DNA of 64,000 nt from an uncultured Methylobacter sp. (GTDB lineage: Bacteria > Pseudomonadota > Gammaproteobacteria > Methylococcales > Methylomonadaceae). The notes below the pieces were generated by a model that saw only the letters and a program-made list of their open reading frames with translations, did not search any database and was not told the DNA's origin. This document shows positions 43,080 through 54,177 of the stretch, piece after piece. Location of the stretch: positions 41,937 to 105,936 of the forward strand of contig CAILCX010000100.1 of NCBI GenBank assembly GCA_903832775.1, read 5' to 3'. The position numbers and the translations under genes were made by a program. Each line of letters opens with the position of its first letter. Within the stretch, counting starts at the first letter, position 1.

Positions 43080-44013
43080 TAAATCTATTCAAAGTAACGG
43101 TATCGTGATGATTGTCGATGACACTCCCGGCAATCTGGCGTTGTTGTCTGATACGCTTTCAGAAGCGGGTTACCGCGTCCTGGTTGCAACTGACGGGCAA
43201 TCGGCTCTGGAACAAATTTCCTTTTTAAAACCGGATATCATTTTGCTGGACGTTATGATGCCGGGTATTGATGGTTTTGAAACCTGCAATCAACTTAAAA
43301 CAAATCCTGAAACAGCTCATATCCCGGTATTATTTATGACAGCATTAAACGAGCTGGATAATTTGTTACGTGGCTTTGAAGAGGGCGCTGTAGATTATCT
43401 TGTGAAACCGATACGTCCTCCTGAAGTTCTGGCCAGAGTGGATATCCAGCTCACGCAGTCCCGCAATCTGCAACGCGCTGAAAATGCACTACTTAACAGT
43501 TCTTTCACTGCGTTGGTAATCGACTTTAACGGAGTGATAACCTGGTTAACCCCCGGTGGCAAAGCCTGGCTTGACGATTTTATGCAAAAACATATACTGG
43601 CCGGCCAAACTGAAGTGGGTTCGGTGTTGCCTAAACCATTACTGGATTGGGTTACGCAACAAAACGCAGTTGCTGATAAATCGCTAGGGACGGTTTTTGA
43701 AAGTCACCGCAAGGGTGTCGATTTTTCGGCAAAAATATCACCTTGCCAAAACACCGGTGAATATTTGCTGGTCATGGAAAAACATTCAGGTGAATGGGAT
43801 CTTGAATCGGTTAAAAGCAGCTTGGGGCTTACTTTTCGTGAAGCCGAAATTCTTATGTGGATTTCCCGAGGTAAAACCAATAAAGAAGCGGGCATCATTT
43901 TGGGTAGTAGTCCGCGTACCATTAACAAACATCTTGAACATATTTTTGAGAAACTGGGTGTCGTTACACGTGCTGCTGCGGTTTCAATGGTATTGCAACG
44001 GACTTCAGGTTAA
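43072..44013 (+). CDS. Response regulator, REC + LuxR-type HTH
   Basis: IVDD, LLDVMMPG, VKP; LTFREAEILMWISRGKTNKE..LGSSPRTINKHLEHIFEKLGV; ATG at 43072 overlaps the kinase stop. Confidence 0.93.
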   Translation: MINKSIQSNGIVMIVDDTPGNLALLSDTLSEAGYRVLVATDGQSALEQISFLKPDIILLDVMMPGIDGFETCNQLKTNPETAHIPVLFMTALNELDNLLRGFEEGAVDYLVKPIRPPEVLARVDIQLTQSRNLQRAENALLNSSFTALVIDFNGVITWLTPGGKAWLDDFMQKHILAGQTEVGSVLPKPLLDWVTQQNAVADKSLGTVFESHRKGVDFSAKISPCQNTGEYLLVMEKHSGEWDLESVKSSLGLTFREAEILMWISRGKTNKEAGIILGSSPRTINKHLEHIFEKLGVVTRAAAVSMVLQRTSG

Positions 44014-44025
44014 GGCGACGTTTGT

Positions 44026-44934
44026 TTATCGGGTTAGAGTAATTTGTAGCACTACGTTTTTGACGCCGTTACTCCAGGTCAGTTCATGAAGATCAAATTC
44101 ATCAGCACTTTGCTTGTCATCGTCATCTAATTTGATGCCTAATTTGCTCAATTTAAAATGTATTTTTTCAATACTCAGCAGTGTTTCGGGTGTTCCAATT
44201 TTTGAAATTAATTTACCCAGATAAACATCCGGGTTAGCCAAACTTTTTACCCGTAATTCATAAGAATCTTCACCCGGTTTGATAATGGAGTCGGTCATAT
44301 GCGACTCCATCTCCTGTTTGATCAAGGTCACGACGCAAGCAAACAGATACTTTCTCAGCAACACAATAAGCTCAGCATCATTGCAGCAAGGTGTATGAAT
44401 TTTGTGGGAAGAAAAATTCACCGCCAGTTGCGGCACTTCACGAATAAGCATATCGCCTTGCAAACCTATGCCCAATATTCGTTTTTCACTTTTACTGGCC
44501 GTTAATAGTGCATATAGCTTAGGAAACTGATCGTTACTATGGGAGCGCAAATAGGCCTCCACTTCATGATCGTTAGTAAATAGTTTGTCGATGTCATTGC
44601 TGTTAACGAAAAGAGCGTTGACTAGAGGATTAGTGCCAAAGGTCGCTGGCGATATGTCAACAGGCGGAGGGATTTGATCTGCAATTGCAATAACATGGGC
44701 GTGTAAAGCGACTACATGGGCTCTCAGTTTATGTGAGTAATCGTGAACTGCCCGCATTTTATTGTTTGAAGCATCCACGAAGTTTTCGACAATCTGTCGG
44801 CTTTCCTCCGCCTGTTGTTCACGGTCGTGGTTATGGCTAGCCAAATTGCTTACGAGTTTGTGCAGATGTTGAATCTGCTCGTCGAAAAACGATCTAAGTG
44901 CCGAACCTTCGTGTAATCGTCTATCGTCATTCAT
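44026..44934 (-). CDS. Hypothetical protein
   Basis: 302-aa ORF with ATG start, no family recognised. Confidence 0.7.
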   Translation of the reverse strand: MNDDRRLHEGSALRSFFDEQIQHLHKLVSNLASHNHDREQQAEESRQIVENFVDASNNKMRAVHDYSHKLRAHVVALHAHVIAIADQIPPPVDISPATFGTNPLVNALFVNSNDIDKLFTNDHEVEAYLRSHSNDQFPKLYALLTASKSEKRILGIGLQGDMLIREVPQLAVNFSSHKIHTPCCNDAELIVLLRKYLFACVVTLIKQEMESHMTDSIIKPGEDSYELRVKSLANPDVYLGKLISKIGTPETLLSIEKIHFKLSKLGIKLDDDDKQSADEFDLHELTWSNGVKNVVLQITLTR

Positions 44935-45028
44935 GAGGTGTTTGCTGCCCCTTAAGTTAAGACATACTCATATAGTAGCGATAACGCTAATCATCGCCAC
45001 AGCAAAGAACCTTATTGATACTTTGGAT

Positions 45029-45553
45029 TTAAGTTGCAGACGATTCTTGATATTGGCCAGTGTAATCCGATTTTCCAATTTCAACACCATGATGCCGAAG
45101 GATGGCGTAAGCGGTGGTCATATGAAAGTGGAAATTTGGAATCACAAATTCCAGCAAGTAATCCTGACCCGAGAAACTAAGGACTCTGGGGCCAAATTTC
45201 GGTGTGATGTTGCGCTCTTCGCTGCCGTCGATTTGTTCGGCAGTAACGCTTTGCATAAAGGTTTTAGTTTTGGCGATACGTGCCTGTAACTCGTCAAAAG
45301 TGCTTTCGTTATCTTCAAATTGAGGCACTTCAATGTCAGCCAGACGGGCCGCGCAAGCTTTAACCATATCGGTCGCAATTTGAACCTGACGGCTCAAGGG
45401 AAACATGTCAGGCGTTAAACGCGCATTGATAAAGATGGCAGGATCGATTTTTTTCGCTTCGGCATGAGCTGCGGCCTTTTCCAGTATGCCGGATAAATTG
45501 TCTAGCATACGTAAAAAAACAGGGGTAGAAGCTTGATACATGGACAATGACAT
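45029..45553 (-). CDS. DUF1993 family protein
   Basis: ARLTPDMFPLSRQVQIATD, PNFHFHMTTAYAILRHHGVEIGKSDY. Confidence 0.92.
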   Translation of the reverse strand: MSLSMYQASTPVFLRMLDNLSGILEKAAAHAEAKKIDPAIFINARLTPDMFPLSRQVQIATDMVKACAARLADIEVPQFEDNESTFDELQARIAKTKTFMQSVTAEQIDGSEERNITPKFGPRVLSFSGQDYLLEFVIPNFHFHMTTAYAILRHHGVEIGKSDYTGQYQESSAT

Positions 45554-45797
45554 AAAACATACTCCGTTAGATGATGTGGACTTTATTGAAAATCGTAGTT
45601 AGTGCAGCTTTATATTTCTTACCTGGTTCTGAGTTTATCATGTAAAGCGGTAAAAATTTCTATTCTGATTATTTCAAGTCAGTTTGAAATCATAAAACGG
45701 GGAGAGGGATTATTTATGAATAGCTATTTATGGCTGGAGATTTGTCGGCTACCAATAACACAGATAACCGATTTTACTATAGGTGATTAAATAACTT

Positions 45798-45827
45798 TAA
45801 AAAAGCCATCCCATAAGAGATGGCTTT
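45798..45827 (-). terminator. Rho-independent terminator of the VPLPA-CTERM gene
   Basis: AAAGCCATC-N8-GATGGCTTT stem with a T run on the minus strand, 11 nt after the stop codon. Confidence 0.8.
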
Positions 45828-45838
45828 AATAAGTTTGA

Positions 45839-46537
45839 TTAAACCAATTTATTGCGTCTGCCAAACAAACCGATAAAACCTAAACCGGTCATTAACAGAG
45901 GTATTGTAGCGGGTAAAGGTACAGATGAAACTGATAAGCTACTAGTGAACTGAGATGTGAAAGATCCGTTTGGGACATTTGATATATCAGTCTCTATAGT
46001 CAACGAATAAGGCGATGAAATGGTTCCAGCTGGGCCTACTGCAGATTGATCGTTTGAGTAAGAGGCAGTTGAGAAGTTTTGAGTCGTTCCAATTTGATTT
46101 GTCTCATCAAAGGGATTGTTATTAGTGCCATAAAAAAAACGGGATGTTATTGTTGCAGTCGCATTTTGAGTTCCACCAATATGAAGATCAAACAAGCCAG
46201 GGTTCGGACCATAACCCGTGTCGGTTAGAAAAACTTTTAAGGGTGAAGTTGGAGCTCCAGGTCCTGTATAGGAAAGATTAAAGGAGGTAAGGCTTAACGT
46301 GGGCGAGGTTGGAGTACTTCCCAAATTGGCGCTGGTGACTACATTTACAGCCCAATTACCCAGTGTTTGTGATATTAAATTCACGCCTAAAATATTTGAT
46401 AAGTCACTGCTTGTATTATCACTAATAGTAATGGCGGAATGGATGCCATCATCAAGCTTAATAGTCAAGCTTGCCTGACTAGTTAGCGGAATTATGGACA
46501 GGCCAAGTAAGGAGAAAAGAAATTTAATGTTTTTCAT
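45839..46537 (-). CDS. VPLPA-CTERM (PEP-CTERM-like) sorting-domain surface protein
   Basis: Signal peptide, Ser/Thr/Gly-rich body, C-terminal VPLPA + TM helix + RRNK; ATG at 46537 preferred. Confidence 0.9.
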   Translation of the reverse strand: MKNIKFLFSLLGLSIIPLTSQASLTIKLDDGIHSAITISDNTSSDLSNILGVNLISQTLGNWAVNVVTSANLGSTPTSPTLSLTSFNLSYTGPGAPTSPLKVFLTDTGYGPNPGLFDLHIGGTQNATATITSRFFYGTNNNPFDETNQIGTTQNFSTASYSNDQSAVGPAGTISSPYSLTIETDISNVPNGSFTSQFTSSLSVSSVPLPATIPLLMTGLGFIGLFGRRNKLV

Positions 46538-46765
46538 CTGATTACACTCTAAATATTTTTTAAAAATACCACCAAAAGCATTGCTCTGGTTGGTTAGCAT
46601 TTATTTCAAAGAGGCAATCGGTTGTCCCTATTACTTGAGACCCTGTGATTTTCCATGCCTGACTTCCTAGGCATTAGCTTTTTCTCTTAAATTTTCGAAA
46701 TAACTCTTAATCTAAAATTCATGTTAATTAAACAATAAGTAGTCTGAATAGTACAGTGACAGTTT

Positions 46766-46788
46766 GATGACATGTAATACATGTCATC
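46766..46788. promoter_or_regulatory. Perfect palindrome upstream of the VPLPA-CTERM gene
   Basis: GATGACATGT-AAT-ACATGTCATC. Confidence 0.5.
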
Positions 46789-46899
46789 GGTTTGTAATAT
46801 TATGCAAGTTGATGATCGCTAAATATTTAATGATTAAAAGTTCCCGCAACTGTCACTAACAATAATGAATCAATATGACACTAAGAAGCACGGCTAAAA

Positions 46900-47295
46900 T
46901 CAATCAATTTTTTCCAGTGCCGGAGTTTCTTCTTTAAATAATTCGCTTAGCAAGTCAAGCTGAGCATTGAATTGAGGTATTGCAGGAATCGGCCAGGCTT
47001 TTCCTGTTATGCGGGATAATAAATTGTTTAACCAGGGACGATCCGACTTTGCGTGATGAATAATAAATCGGTAGGATTCACCATCGCTGAATACCGCAAA
47101 ATTTTCCAGGCAAACTTCAATTGTATCCTCTTCGCCATAAAGCCTAGTTTTAACGTAAATTTTTCGAGCTTCAAGGTCAAAATTAAATTCAGTTAATTCT
47201 GCAATGCCTTTAAGGATAATATTTGATACCCAAATAATCAAAATGTTGGGTGTTAAATAGATAATCATTTTTAGTAAACTGGATTTGATGCTCAT
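46900..47295 (-). CDS. Hypothetical protein
   Basis: 131-aa ORF with ATG and plausible composition; no family recognised. Confidence 0.65.
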   Translation of the reverse strand: MSIKSSLLKMIIYLTPNILIIWVSNIILKGIAELTEFNFDLEARKIYVKTRLYGEEDTIEVCLENFAVFSDGESYRFIIHHAKSDRPWLNNLLSRITGKAWPIPAIPQFNAQLDLLSELFKEETPALEKID

Positions 47296-47584
47296 TTTAA
47301 GCCTTCATTTGTAAATTCAAGATAAGGTCAATCATTTTAACCATTCTTGAATTGCTTGTGTCATAAATTTTACGCACACTTGCGTTCTTGTTTTTTGCTT
47401 ATGCTTACGGTCATAGTGATAATGTATTGTAGTTAATCTATGAAGAAATCTGATCAGTACAATTGATTTTTTCATCCTGGGTCATCTACAAGTTGCTTAT
47501 AATCTCTTCTGTAAAAACAAAAAAATAGACTGAATTCACGGGTAGTATGCCAACCGTTCATATCTTTCATCTCAGGTTATTCAA

Positions 47585-48217
47585 ATGTCAACTCAACGCT
47601 CTCAAGTTCAGCTAATCAGTTTCGCGGTAATATGCGGGCTATTAGTTTTGTCAGGAATTCGTCCCTACGATCGCACAACCTGGCTGCTTGAGGTTTTTCC
47701 TGTTCTGATTGCATTGCCGGTGCTTTGGTTTAGCTATCGTCGCTTTCCCTTAACCAATTTTTTATATATTTGCATCTTCATTCATGCGGCTGTACTCATA
47801 GTCGGTGGAATATATTCCTACGCCAGAGTCCCGTTGGGATTTTATATCGCGGATCTGTTGGATATCAGCCGTAATCCCTATGATAAGATCGGGCATTTTT
47901 TTCAGGGCTTTGTTCCAGCAATTGTTGCCCGTGAAATTCTCATGCGCGGCCAATATGTCCGAGGTAGAAGAATGCTTGGTTTTCTTTGTATTTGTATAGT
48001 ACTGGCAATCAGTGCAACCTATGAACTCATTGAGTGGACTTCCGCTGTCGCACTTGGCCAGGGCGCTGACGAATTCTTGGGAACACAGGGTGACCCATGG
48101 GACACTCAATCCGACATGCTTTTTGCGCTTATTGGGGGTAGCATCGCTTTACTGTTTTTTTCCCGCTTTCATGACCGTCAATTAGCTAAAGTGTCTGGCT
48201 TTGAAACAACAATCTAA
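47585..48217 (+). CDS. DUF2238 (YjdF-like) inner-membrane protein
   Basis: PYDRTTWLLE, YSYARVPLG, RNPYDKIGHFFQG, FLGTQGDPWDTQSDM. Confidence 0.92.
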   Translation: MSTQRSQVQLISFAVICGLLVLSGIRPYDRTTWLLEVFPVLIALPVLWFSYRRFPLTNFLYICIFIHAAVLIVGGIYSYARVPLGFYIADLLDISRNPYDKIGHFFQGFVPAIVAREILMRGQYVRGRRMLGFLCICIVLAISATYELIEWTSAVALGQGADEFLGTQGDPWDTQSDMLFALIGGSIALLFFSRFHDRQLAKVSGFETTI

Positions 48218-48402
48218 AAACCCATTGGTCTTGCTTTACCTTGTTTCATGACTCATCTGCGAAAATAGCGATAGTAAGTGGCTGCTTAATCGTGATATTC
48301 AGAATTTAATTCTGAAAATTGATATTGTAAACCAATAGTAGGCGCAAAATGATTAATACTAAATTATTTACTTTTCAATATTGACTTTAATACCTATTAT
48401 TA

Positions 48403-50535
48403 ATGATCGATCTGGGTTGGAGATACCCATTCTTAAACAAAACTGGACTTTCGTCTTTTATGCTAAATAATATTACCGTCAAAAATCGTCTAATTCTGAT
48501 GACTGTATTTTCGGCTATCTTGGCTATAACATTGGGTATGTTGGGTCTGGTAGGAATGCAAAAATCAAATGCAGGATTACAAAATATTTATCTACATAGA
48601 ACACTCCCGTTAACCGTTCTTGCTGAAATAAAAACAAAGTTATTACATAATCGAACTGCTATTGTTACTGGCTTTCCTTTCCCGCAAGAAATAACAAAAC
48701 AGCATGCAAAAATTGAGCAGGATATTGCTGTTATAAACAAATTATGGAGTGAATACACTAAAGCAGATTTATCGACAGAAGAAAAAGTTCTGGCCGATAA
48801 ATTTTCAGCAGACTATCAGCGGTTTATTGCAAATATAAAAATTACTATGGAGTTACAGCTTTCTGACAAACAGGAAGAGGCAAAAGTATTTTATTTTAAG
48901 AATGTACGAGATTCTTATAATCCGGCTTCAGAAGGCATTGATTTGCTGATTAAGTTACAAAAGGATGTTACTAAGCAGGAGTTTGAGTCCGCAGAAAGTC
49001 GTTCTAATAATTTACTGACTGTTTCTATTTCCATTTGCGTCATCGGCTTAACTTTGTTGACATTTATTTCGGTAACGTTGATTCATGGGATTTCCGGGGC
49101 ATTAAAATCTGTGCAACAAGTGGCTAGTGCCATTGCAGAGGGTAATCTTGGTGGTCGGATTGATGTAAATCAAAAAAATGAAATTGGCGCACTTCTGACT
49201 GCGATGCAAACTATACAAGATGCTTTTAACGCCTTTATAAAAGCGCTGAACACACTTTCTAAACAACATGCTGAAGGTTGGGTCAAAGAGCAACTTGATG
49301 CTAATCAGTTTCCTGGCATTTACGGAAAAATGGCAGAAGAGGTTAACGAATTGATTCAATCCAGGATTGCTATAAATAGACGTATCATCAATATCGTTCA
49401 ACAGTATGCTAAAGGTGATTTTTCATTAGATATGGATACGTTACCGGGTGAGACAATCGTTATTACTCAAACTATGGATAACATAAAAAAGGCGCTGCTT
49501 GATATTAATACTGAAATTCATACCATAGTGGCCTCGGGTGTTAAAGGTGATTTTTCACAGCGTGTCCATGCCGATCGCTTCGAGTTTGTATTCAAAGAAA
49601 TCCTGACTGACCTTAATGACCTGATCAAAACCTGTGACTCCGGCTTTAATGATATAGAGCGTGTTTCCAAGGCTTTAGCTTATGGTGATTTAACGCAAAC
49701 CATTAGCAAGGATTATCCGGGAACTTTTGGTCAGGTAACGGCTGCCATGAATGGCACAGTGGATCACCTGAAAACCATGATCGGCGAAATAAAAGAATCA
49801 AGCAATACGATTAATACTGCTGCCAAAGAAATTGCCGCCGGAAATAATGATTTATCTCATCGAACTGAAGAACAGGCCGCAAGTCTGGAAGAAACTGCCG
49901 CAAGCATGCAGGCACTTACTTCTACCGTTCATCTTAATACCGAACATGCCAAACAGGCTAACGAATTGGCTTTTAGCGCGACCAATATTGCAAGCAAGGG
50001 CGTGCAAGTAGTTGGTCAGGTCGTTAACACTATGGACTCTATTCATGAATCCTCACGTAAAGTGGTTGAGATTATTACAGTGATTGATGGCATAGCCTTT
50101 CAGACTAATATCCTGGCGCTCAACGCGGCTGTGGAAGCGGCTCGTGCGGGAGATCAGGGGCGAGGCTTTGCTGTTGTCGCAGGAGAAGTGCGTAATTTGG
50201 CTCAACGTGCTACGCTTGCAGCAAGCGAAATTAAAGAATTAATCGGCGATTCGGTAGAACAGATTGAAGACGGAACACGCCTGGTGACTCATGCAGGTAA
50301 AACTATGGAAGAAATATCCCGTTCTATTCGAGGTGTGACTGACATTATGTCCGAAATCGCATCGGCTTCCGTACAGCAGACCTCTGGTATTGATCAGGTT
50401 AATTTAGCAATTGAGCAAATGGATGACGTCACGCAGCAAAATGCCGCTTTGGTCGAGCAAGCTGCGGCTGCCGCAGAATCGTTGGAAGAGCAAACTCAAA
50501 ACTTAAGTATAACGGTTGGGCAATTTAAGGTTTAG
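48403..50535 (+). CDS. Methyl-accepting chemotaxis protein (periplasmic 4HB, multiple HAMP)
   Basis: Two TMs, HAMP-like repeats, [26 protein letters not shown]; real start may be the ATG at 48460. Confidence 0.93.
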   Translation: MIDLGWRYPFLNKTGLSSFMLNNITVKNRLILMTVFSAILAITLGMLGLVGMQKSNAGLQNIYLHRTLPLTVLAEIKTKLLHNRTAIVTGFPFPQEITKQHAKIEQDIAVINKLWSEYTKADLSTEEKVLADKFSADYQRFIANIKITMELQLSDKQEEAKVFYFKNVRDSYNPASEGIDLLIKLQKDVTKQEFESAESRSNNLLTVSISICVIGLTLLTFISVTLIHGISGALKSVQQVASAIAEGNLGGRIDVNQKNEIGALLTAMQTIQDAFNAFIKALNTLSKQHAEGWVKEQLDANQFPGIYGKMAEEVNELIQSRIAINRRIINIVQQYAKGDFSLDMDTLPGETIVITQTMDNIKKALLDINTEIHTIVASGVKGDFSQRVHADRFEFVFKEILTDLNDLIKTCDSGFNDIERVSKALAYGDLTQTISKDYPGTFGQVTAAMNGTVDHLKTMIGEIKESSNTINTAAKEIAAGNNDLSHRTEEQAASLEETAASMQALTSTVHLNTEHAKQANELAFSATNIASKGVQVVGQVVNTMDSIHESSRKVVEIITVIDGIAFQTNILALNAAVEAARAGDQGRGFAVVAGEVRNLAQRATLAASEIKELIGDSVEQIEDGTRLVTHAGKTMEEISRSIRGVTDIMSEIASASVQQTSGIDQVNLAIEQMDDVTQQNAALVEQAAAAAESLEEQTQNLSITVGQFKV

Positions 50536-50607
50536 TGGAGGGCAGTCTGAGAATAGTTTTTTTATGAGTTTTTCGCTACATTTGAAGGCCTCAATTTTGT
50601 CTTCAAT

Positions 50608-50635
50608 GATGCGGTTTGCCTAAGCTCACCGCATC
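50608..50635. repeat. REP-like palindrome between the convergent MCP and pntB genes
   Basis: GATGCGGT-N12-ACCGCATC. Confidence 0.55.
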
Positions 50636-50654
50636 CAATGATTTATAGTTGAGC

Positions 50655-52049
50655 TTATCCCTTCAACGCTTTTAACACTGCTTGCATGGTCGCATTGGCA
50701 TCACCAAACAACATGCGAGTATTTTCCAGCACGAATAATGGATTGCCGACCCCGGCATAACCTGAGGCCATACTTCGCTTTAGGACAATGGTAGTTTCAC
50801 CTTTCCAGCATTCCAGTACCGGCATGCCGGCAATTGGACTGTTGGGATCATCCAACGCCGAAGGGTTGACGATATCGTTGGCGCCAATGACGATGGAAAC
50901 ATCCACATGAGCCCAGTCTTCATTGATTTCATCCATTTCATAAACAATGTCATAAGGTACTTTGGCTTCGGCCAACAATACATTCATGTGCCCCGGCATA
51001 CGTCCGGCAACCGGATGGATGCCAAAACCCACTTTTTTGCCCTTTTCGCGTAACAGTTTGGTGATTTCATTAACCGTGTGTTGAGCCTGCGCTACTGCCA
51101 TGCCATAACCGGGAATGATTATGATATTTTTGGCATCTAATAACAGTTGCGCAGTATCTTCAGCGCTGATCGGCTGTACTTCGCCTTCAACGACTGCCGC
51201 TTCACCACCGGAACCGGTGCCAAAACCACCGGCAATGACGCTGATAAAGTTGCGATTCATCGCCCGACACATAATGTAGCTCAAGATTGCGCCGCTACTG
51301 CCAACCAAGGCGCCGGTCACTATCAACAAATCGTTGCTTAACATAAAACCGGTTGCCGCTGCAGCCCAACCTGAATAGCTGTTTAGCATCGACACCACCA
51401 CCGGCATATCCGCGCCGCCAATCGCCATAACCATGTGAATACCGAATATTAGCGCAATCGCTGTCATAATCCATAACGGAACAGAGCCACCGCCGGTTTC
51501 GGTTTGATGTAAAAATAGCCCTCCCAAGACAATTACAGCAATCAGCAAACACAAATTGAACCAATGGCGACCTGGTAATAATAGTGGTTTGCCGCTGATA
51601 CGCTCACTAAGCTTGCCAAAAGCGATCACCGAACCTGAAAAAGTAACGGCTCCGATCAAAATACCAATGTAGATTTCTATTTCGTGAATGTTTTTTTCGA
51701 CGCCGCCCAGACTGATAGAACTGTCCATAAAATTGGCGTAACCCACCAGCACCGCCGCCATACCGACCAGACTGTGCATGATGGCGACCAGTTCAGGCAT
51801 TTGCGTCATTTCAACTTTTAGCGCTGCTCTGGCGCCAATCGCACCGCCAATCAGCAAGGCAATAAGCAAAATGACATAGGAGCTGACAGAAGCGCTTAAG
51901 GCGGTAGCGATAATGGCAACTGCCATACCTAACATACCGTAATAATTACCTCGACGCGCTGTTTCCTGATTACTTAAACCACTTAGGCTTAAAATAAACA
52001 GAATGGTGGCGACGATGTAGGACATCGTGACTAAACTATGGGACATCAT
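50655..52049 (-). CDS. pntB: NAD(P) transhydrogenase beta subunit
   Basis: [47 protein letters not shown]. Confidence 0.98.
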   Translation of the reverse strand: MMSHSLVTMSYIVATILFILSLSGLSNQETARRGNYYGMLGMAVAIIATALSASVSSYVILLIALLIGGAIGARAALKVEMTQMPELVAIMHSLVGMAAVLVGYANFMDSSISLGGVEKNIHEIEIYIGILIGAVTFSGSVIAFGKLSERISGKPLLLPGRHWFNLCLLIAVIVLGGLFLHQTETGGGSVPLWIMTAIALIFGIHMVMAIGGADMPVVVSMLNSYSGWAAAATGFMLSNDLLIVTGALVGSSGAILSYIMCRAMNRNFISVIAGGFGTGSGGEAAVVEGEVQPISAEDTAQLLLDAKNIIIIPGYGMAVAQAQHTVNEITKLLREKGKKVGFGIHPVAGRMPGHMNVLLAEAKVPYDIVYEMDEINEDWAHVDVSIVIGANDIVNPSALDDPNSPIAGMPVLECWKGETTIVLKRSMASGYAGVGNPLFVLENTRMLFGDANATMQAVLKALKG

Positions 52050-52058
52050 ATTCTCCTG

Positions 52059-53624
52059 TTATTTTCTGAACATTTCTAACATACGACGCGTGACTAAAAA
52101 GCCACCGGCAATATTGATAGATGCAATGAGTATCGCCAGGCCGGCAAGGATGTTGATATTAACGTCCGGTGAGGAAACCTGTACCAGAGCGCCAATGACG
52201 ATAATACCGCTGATGGCGTTGGTTACACTCATTAAAGGCGTATGCAAGGAGGCAGAGACGTTCCAGATCACCTGATAACCGATGAAACAGGCCAACACAA
52301 ATACCGTGAAATGCGCCATAAACGACGCGGGAGCGACCGAACCGATACCAAACAGAGCCAAACCGGCAATGATTAACGGTATAAATTGCTTGATTGAGGC
52401 GGGAATAAGGGAGTTTTTTTGTTGCTCAAGCACATCCGCGCAAGCCGGCGCTTCGGTTTGCGGTGCAGGCGCTGCGGAGAGTTTTGGCGGTGGTGGCGGC
52501 CAGGTAATTTTGCCTTCTTTAATCACTGTGGTGCCGCGTATTACTTCATCGTCCATATTGACGTTGAGTATGCCATTTTTTTCAGGACACAGTTCTGTTA
52601 ACAAATGTCTGAGATTGGTGGCATAAAGCTGACTTGACTGATTGGCCAGACGACTGGGTAAATTGCTGTAACCGATAATGGTCACATCGTGTTTGACCAC
52701 CACCTGGTCTTTCTCGGTCAAAGCGCAGTTACCGCCTTGCTCGGCAGCCAGATCGACAATAACACTGCCCGACTTCATGGACTTAACCATGCCTTCCGTA
52801 ATCAGCTTGGGTGCCGGTTTGCCTGGAACCAGTGCGGTGGTAATAATAATATCAACTTCCATCGCCTGTCTTGCGAACAAGGCCATTTCAGCTTCTATAA
52901 ATTCCTTGGACATGGTTTTGGCATAACCGCCGGTTCCTGAGCCTTCTTCTTTAAAGTCGAGTAACAAGAATTCGGCATCCATGCTTTCAATTTGTTCTTT
53001 GACTTCAGGTCGGGTATCAAAAGCTCTGACGATTGCGCCCATGCTTTTTGCAGTACCAATTGCGGCAAGACCGGCAACGCCTGCACCGATAACCAATACC
53101 TTGGCTGGCGGAATTTTACCGGCAGCGGTAATCTGCCCGGTAAAAAAACGGCCGAAATGCTGCGCAGCTTCAATGATGGCGCGATAGCCGGCGATATTGG
53201 CCATGGAACTTAACGCATCAAGCTTTTGTGCACGAGACATGCGCGGCACGCTGTCCATTGCCAGCACCGTGGCATTTTTAGCGGCCAGTTTCTGCATTAA
53301 GGCTTCATTTTGAGCCGGCCAGATAAAGCTGATCAAATGGCCGTCTTGGGATAACAAATCTATTTCGTCGTGAGCTAATCCGGGATGTAGTTCCGGAGCA
53401 CGAACTTTCATAACGATGTCGGCACTTTTCCATAAGGTTTTGGCGTCATCAATGATTTCAACGCCGGCTTCCTTATAGTCTTCGTCAGAAATATTCGCGG
53501 CCAGACCCGCGCCCGTTTCGACAAGAACCGAAAAACCCAGTTTTATAATTTGTTCGGCAGCCTCCGGCGTTGTGGCCACACGTTTTTCACCCGGGTGAAT
53601 CTCTTTAGGTATACCAATCTTCAT
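52059..53624 (-). CDS. pntA: NAD(P) transhydrogenase alpha subunit
   Basis: [44 protein letters not shown]. Confidence 0.98.
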   Translation of the reverse strand: MKIGIPKEIHPGEKRVATTPEAAEQIIKLGFSVLVETGAGLAANISDEDYKEAGVEIIDDAKTLWKSADIVMKVRAPELHPGLAHDEIDLLSQDGHLISFIWPAQNEALMQKLAAKNATVLAMDSVPRMSRAQKLDALSSMANIAGYRAIIEAAQHFGRFFTGQITAAGKIPPAKVLVIGAGVAGLAAIGTAKSMGAIVRAFDTRPEVKEQIESMDAEFLLLDFKEEGSGTGGYAKTMSKEFIEAEMALFARQAMEVDIIITTALVPGKPAPKLITEGMVKSMKSGSVIVDLAAEQGGNCALTEKDQVVVKHDVTIIGYSNLPSRLANQSSQLYATNLRHLLTELCPEKNGILNVNMDDEVIRGTTVIKEGKITWPPPPPKLSAAPAPQTEAPACADVLEQQKNSLIPASIKQFIPLIIAGLALFGIGSVAPASFMAHFTVFVLACFIGYQVIWNVSASLHTPLMSVTNAISGIIVIGALVQVSSPDVNINILAGLAILIASINIAGGFLVTRRMLEMFRK

Positions 53625-53664
53625 ACAGTCTCCAATGCGAGTAGTTTAGAGCATAGTGCGTAAA

Positions 53665-53687
53665 GGTTTTGACTAACAGTCAAAACC
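53665..53687. promoter_or_regulatory. Perfect inverted repeat upstream of pntA
   Basis: GGTTTTGACT-AAC-AGTCAAAACC, 40 nt before the pntA start. Confidence 0.45.
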
Positions 53688-54023
53688 CCAGCCCTGAGGA
53701 TATGAGATTAAGCGACGTTTATCAATAAAAAAGATGCATGCAGTTCTTGGGAGCATAATCCCCCAACTCGGCAAGAGATTTAATTGTTTCTAACCGAGCT
53801 GGATTTGAGGTCCTGCGACAAAATCTATTTAAAGTTAAGCAACCATCTACGTTTAAGAAATAATGGATTGATGAACTATACATATAGCTTCACAAATACA
53901 GTTTCAATTATCAGTAATAGCACTTTTCTTACCGCTTTAGCCAAGGCTGTTTGAGGTCGCAACAACCTTAGAATAATAAAGCTGGAGCAAATTAATTGAT
54001 TAGTCAGCGTGCCAATGTAACGA

Positions 54024-54177
54024 TTATATCAGCGCTCTATAACATCCTTCTGAAACAGTTGATTTGACCTCTACCTGTCTTAGCAGCTTTTGCTTCTCTA
54101 TTTGCGCAAGAATACCAGTGTGAAAAGTGAGGCGCGAAAACCGTCACCAGAAAAACCTGAACCAAGTTTATCGACAT
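54024..54177 (-). pseudogene. Frameshifted remnant of a patatin-like phospholipase N-terminus
   Basis: Frame 1 DKLGSGFSGDGFRASLF, then after a 1-nt shift in a T run HTGILAQIEKQKLLRQVEVKSTVSEG, then a stop. Resembles LALSGGGFRA..HxG.L...VEVISTVSGGS. Confidence 0.65.

Noticed and set aside
46614-46627. GG-N10-GC spacing upstream of the VPLPA-CTERM gene
   Set aside because: The -24 element reads GGGAC rather than TGGCA, too weak to call a sigma54 promoter.
48298-48316. Palindrome TTCAGAATT-T-AATTCTGAA upstream of the third MCP
   Set aside because: A single AT-rich dyad with no second copy or known consensus. Not enough support.
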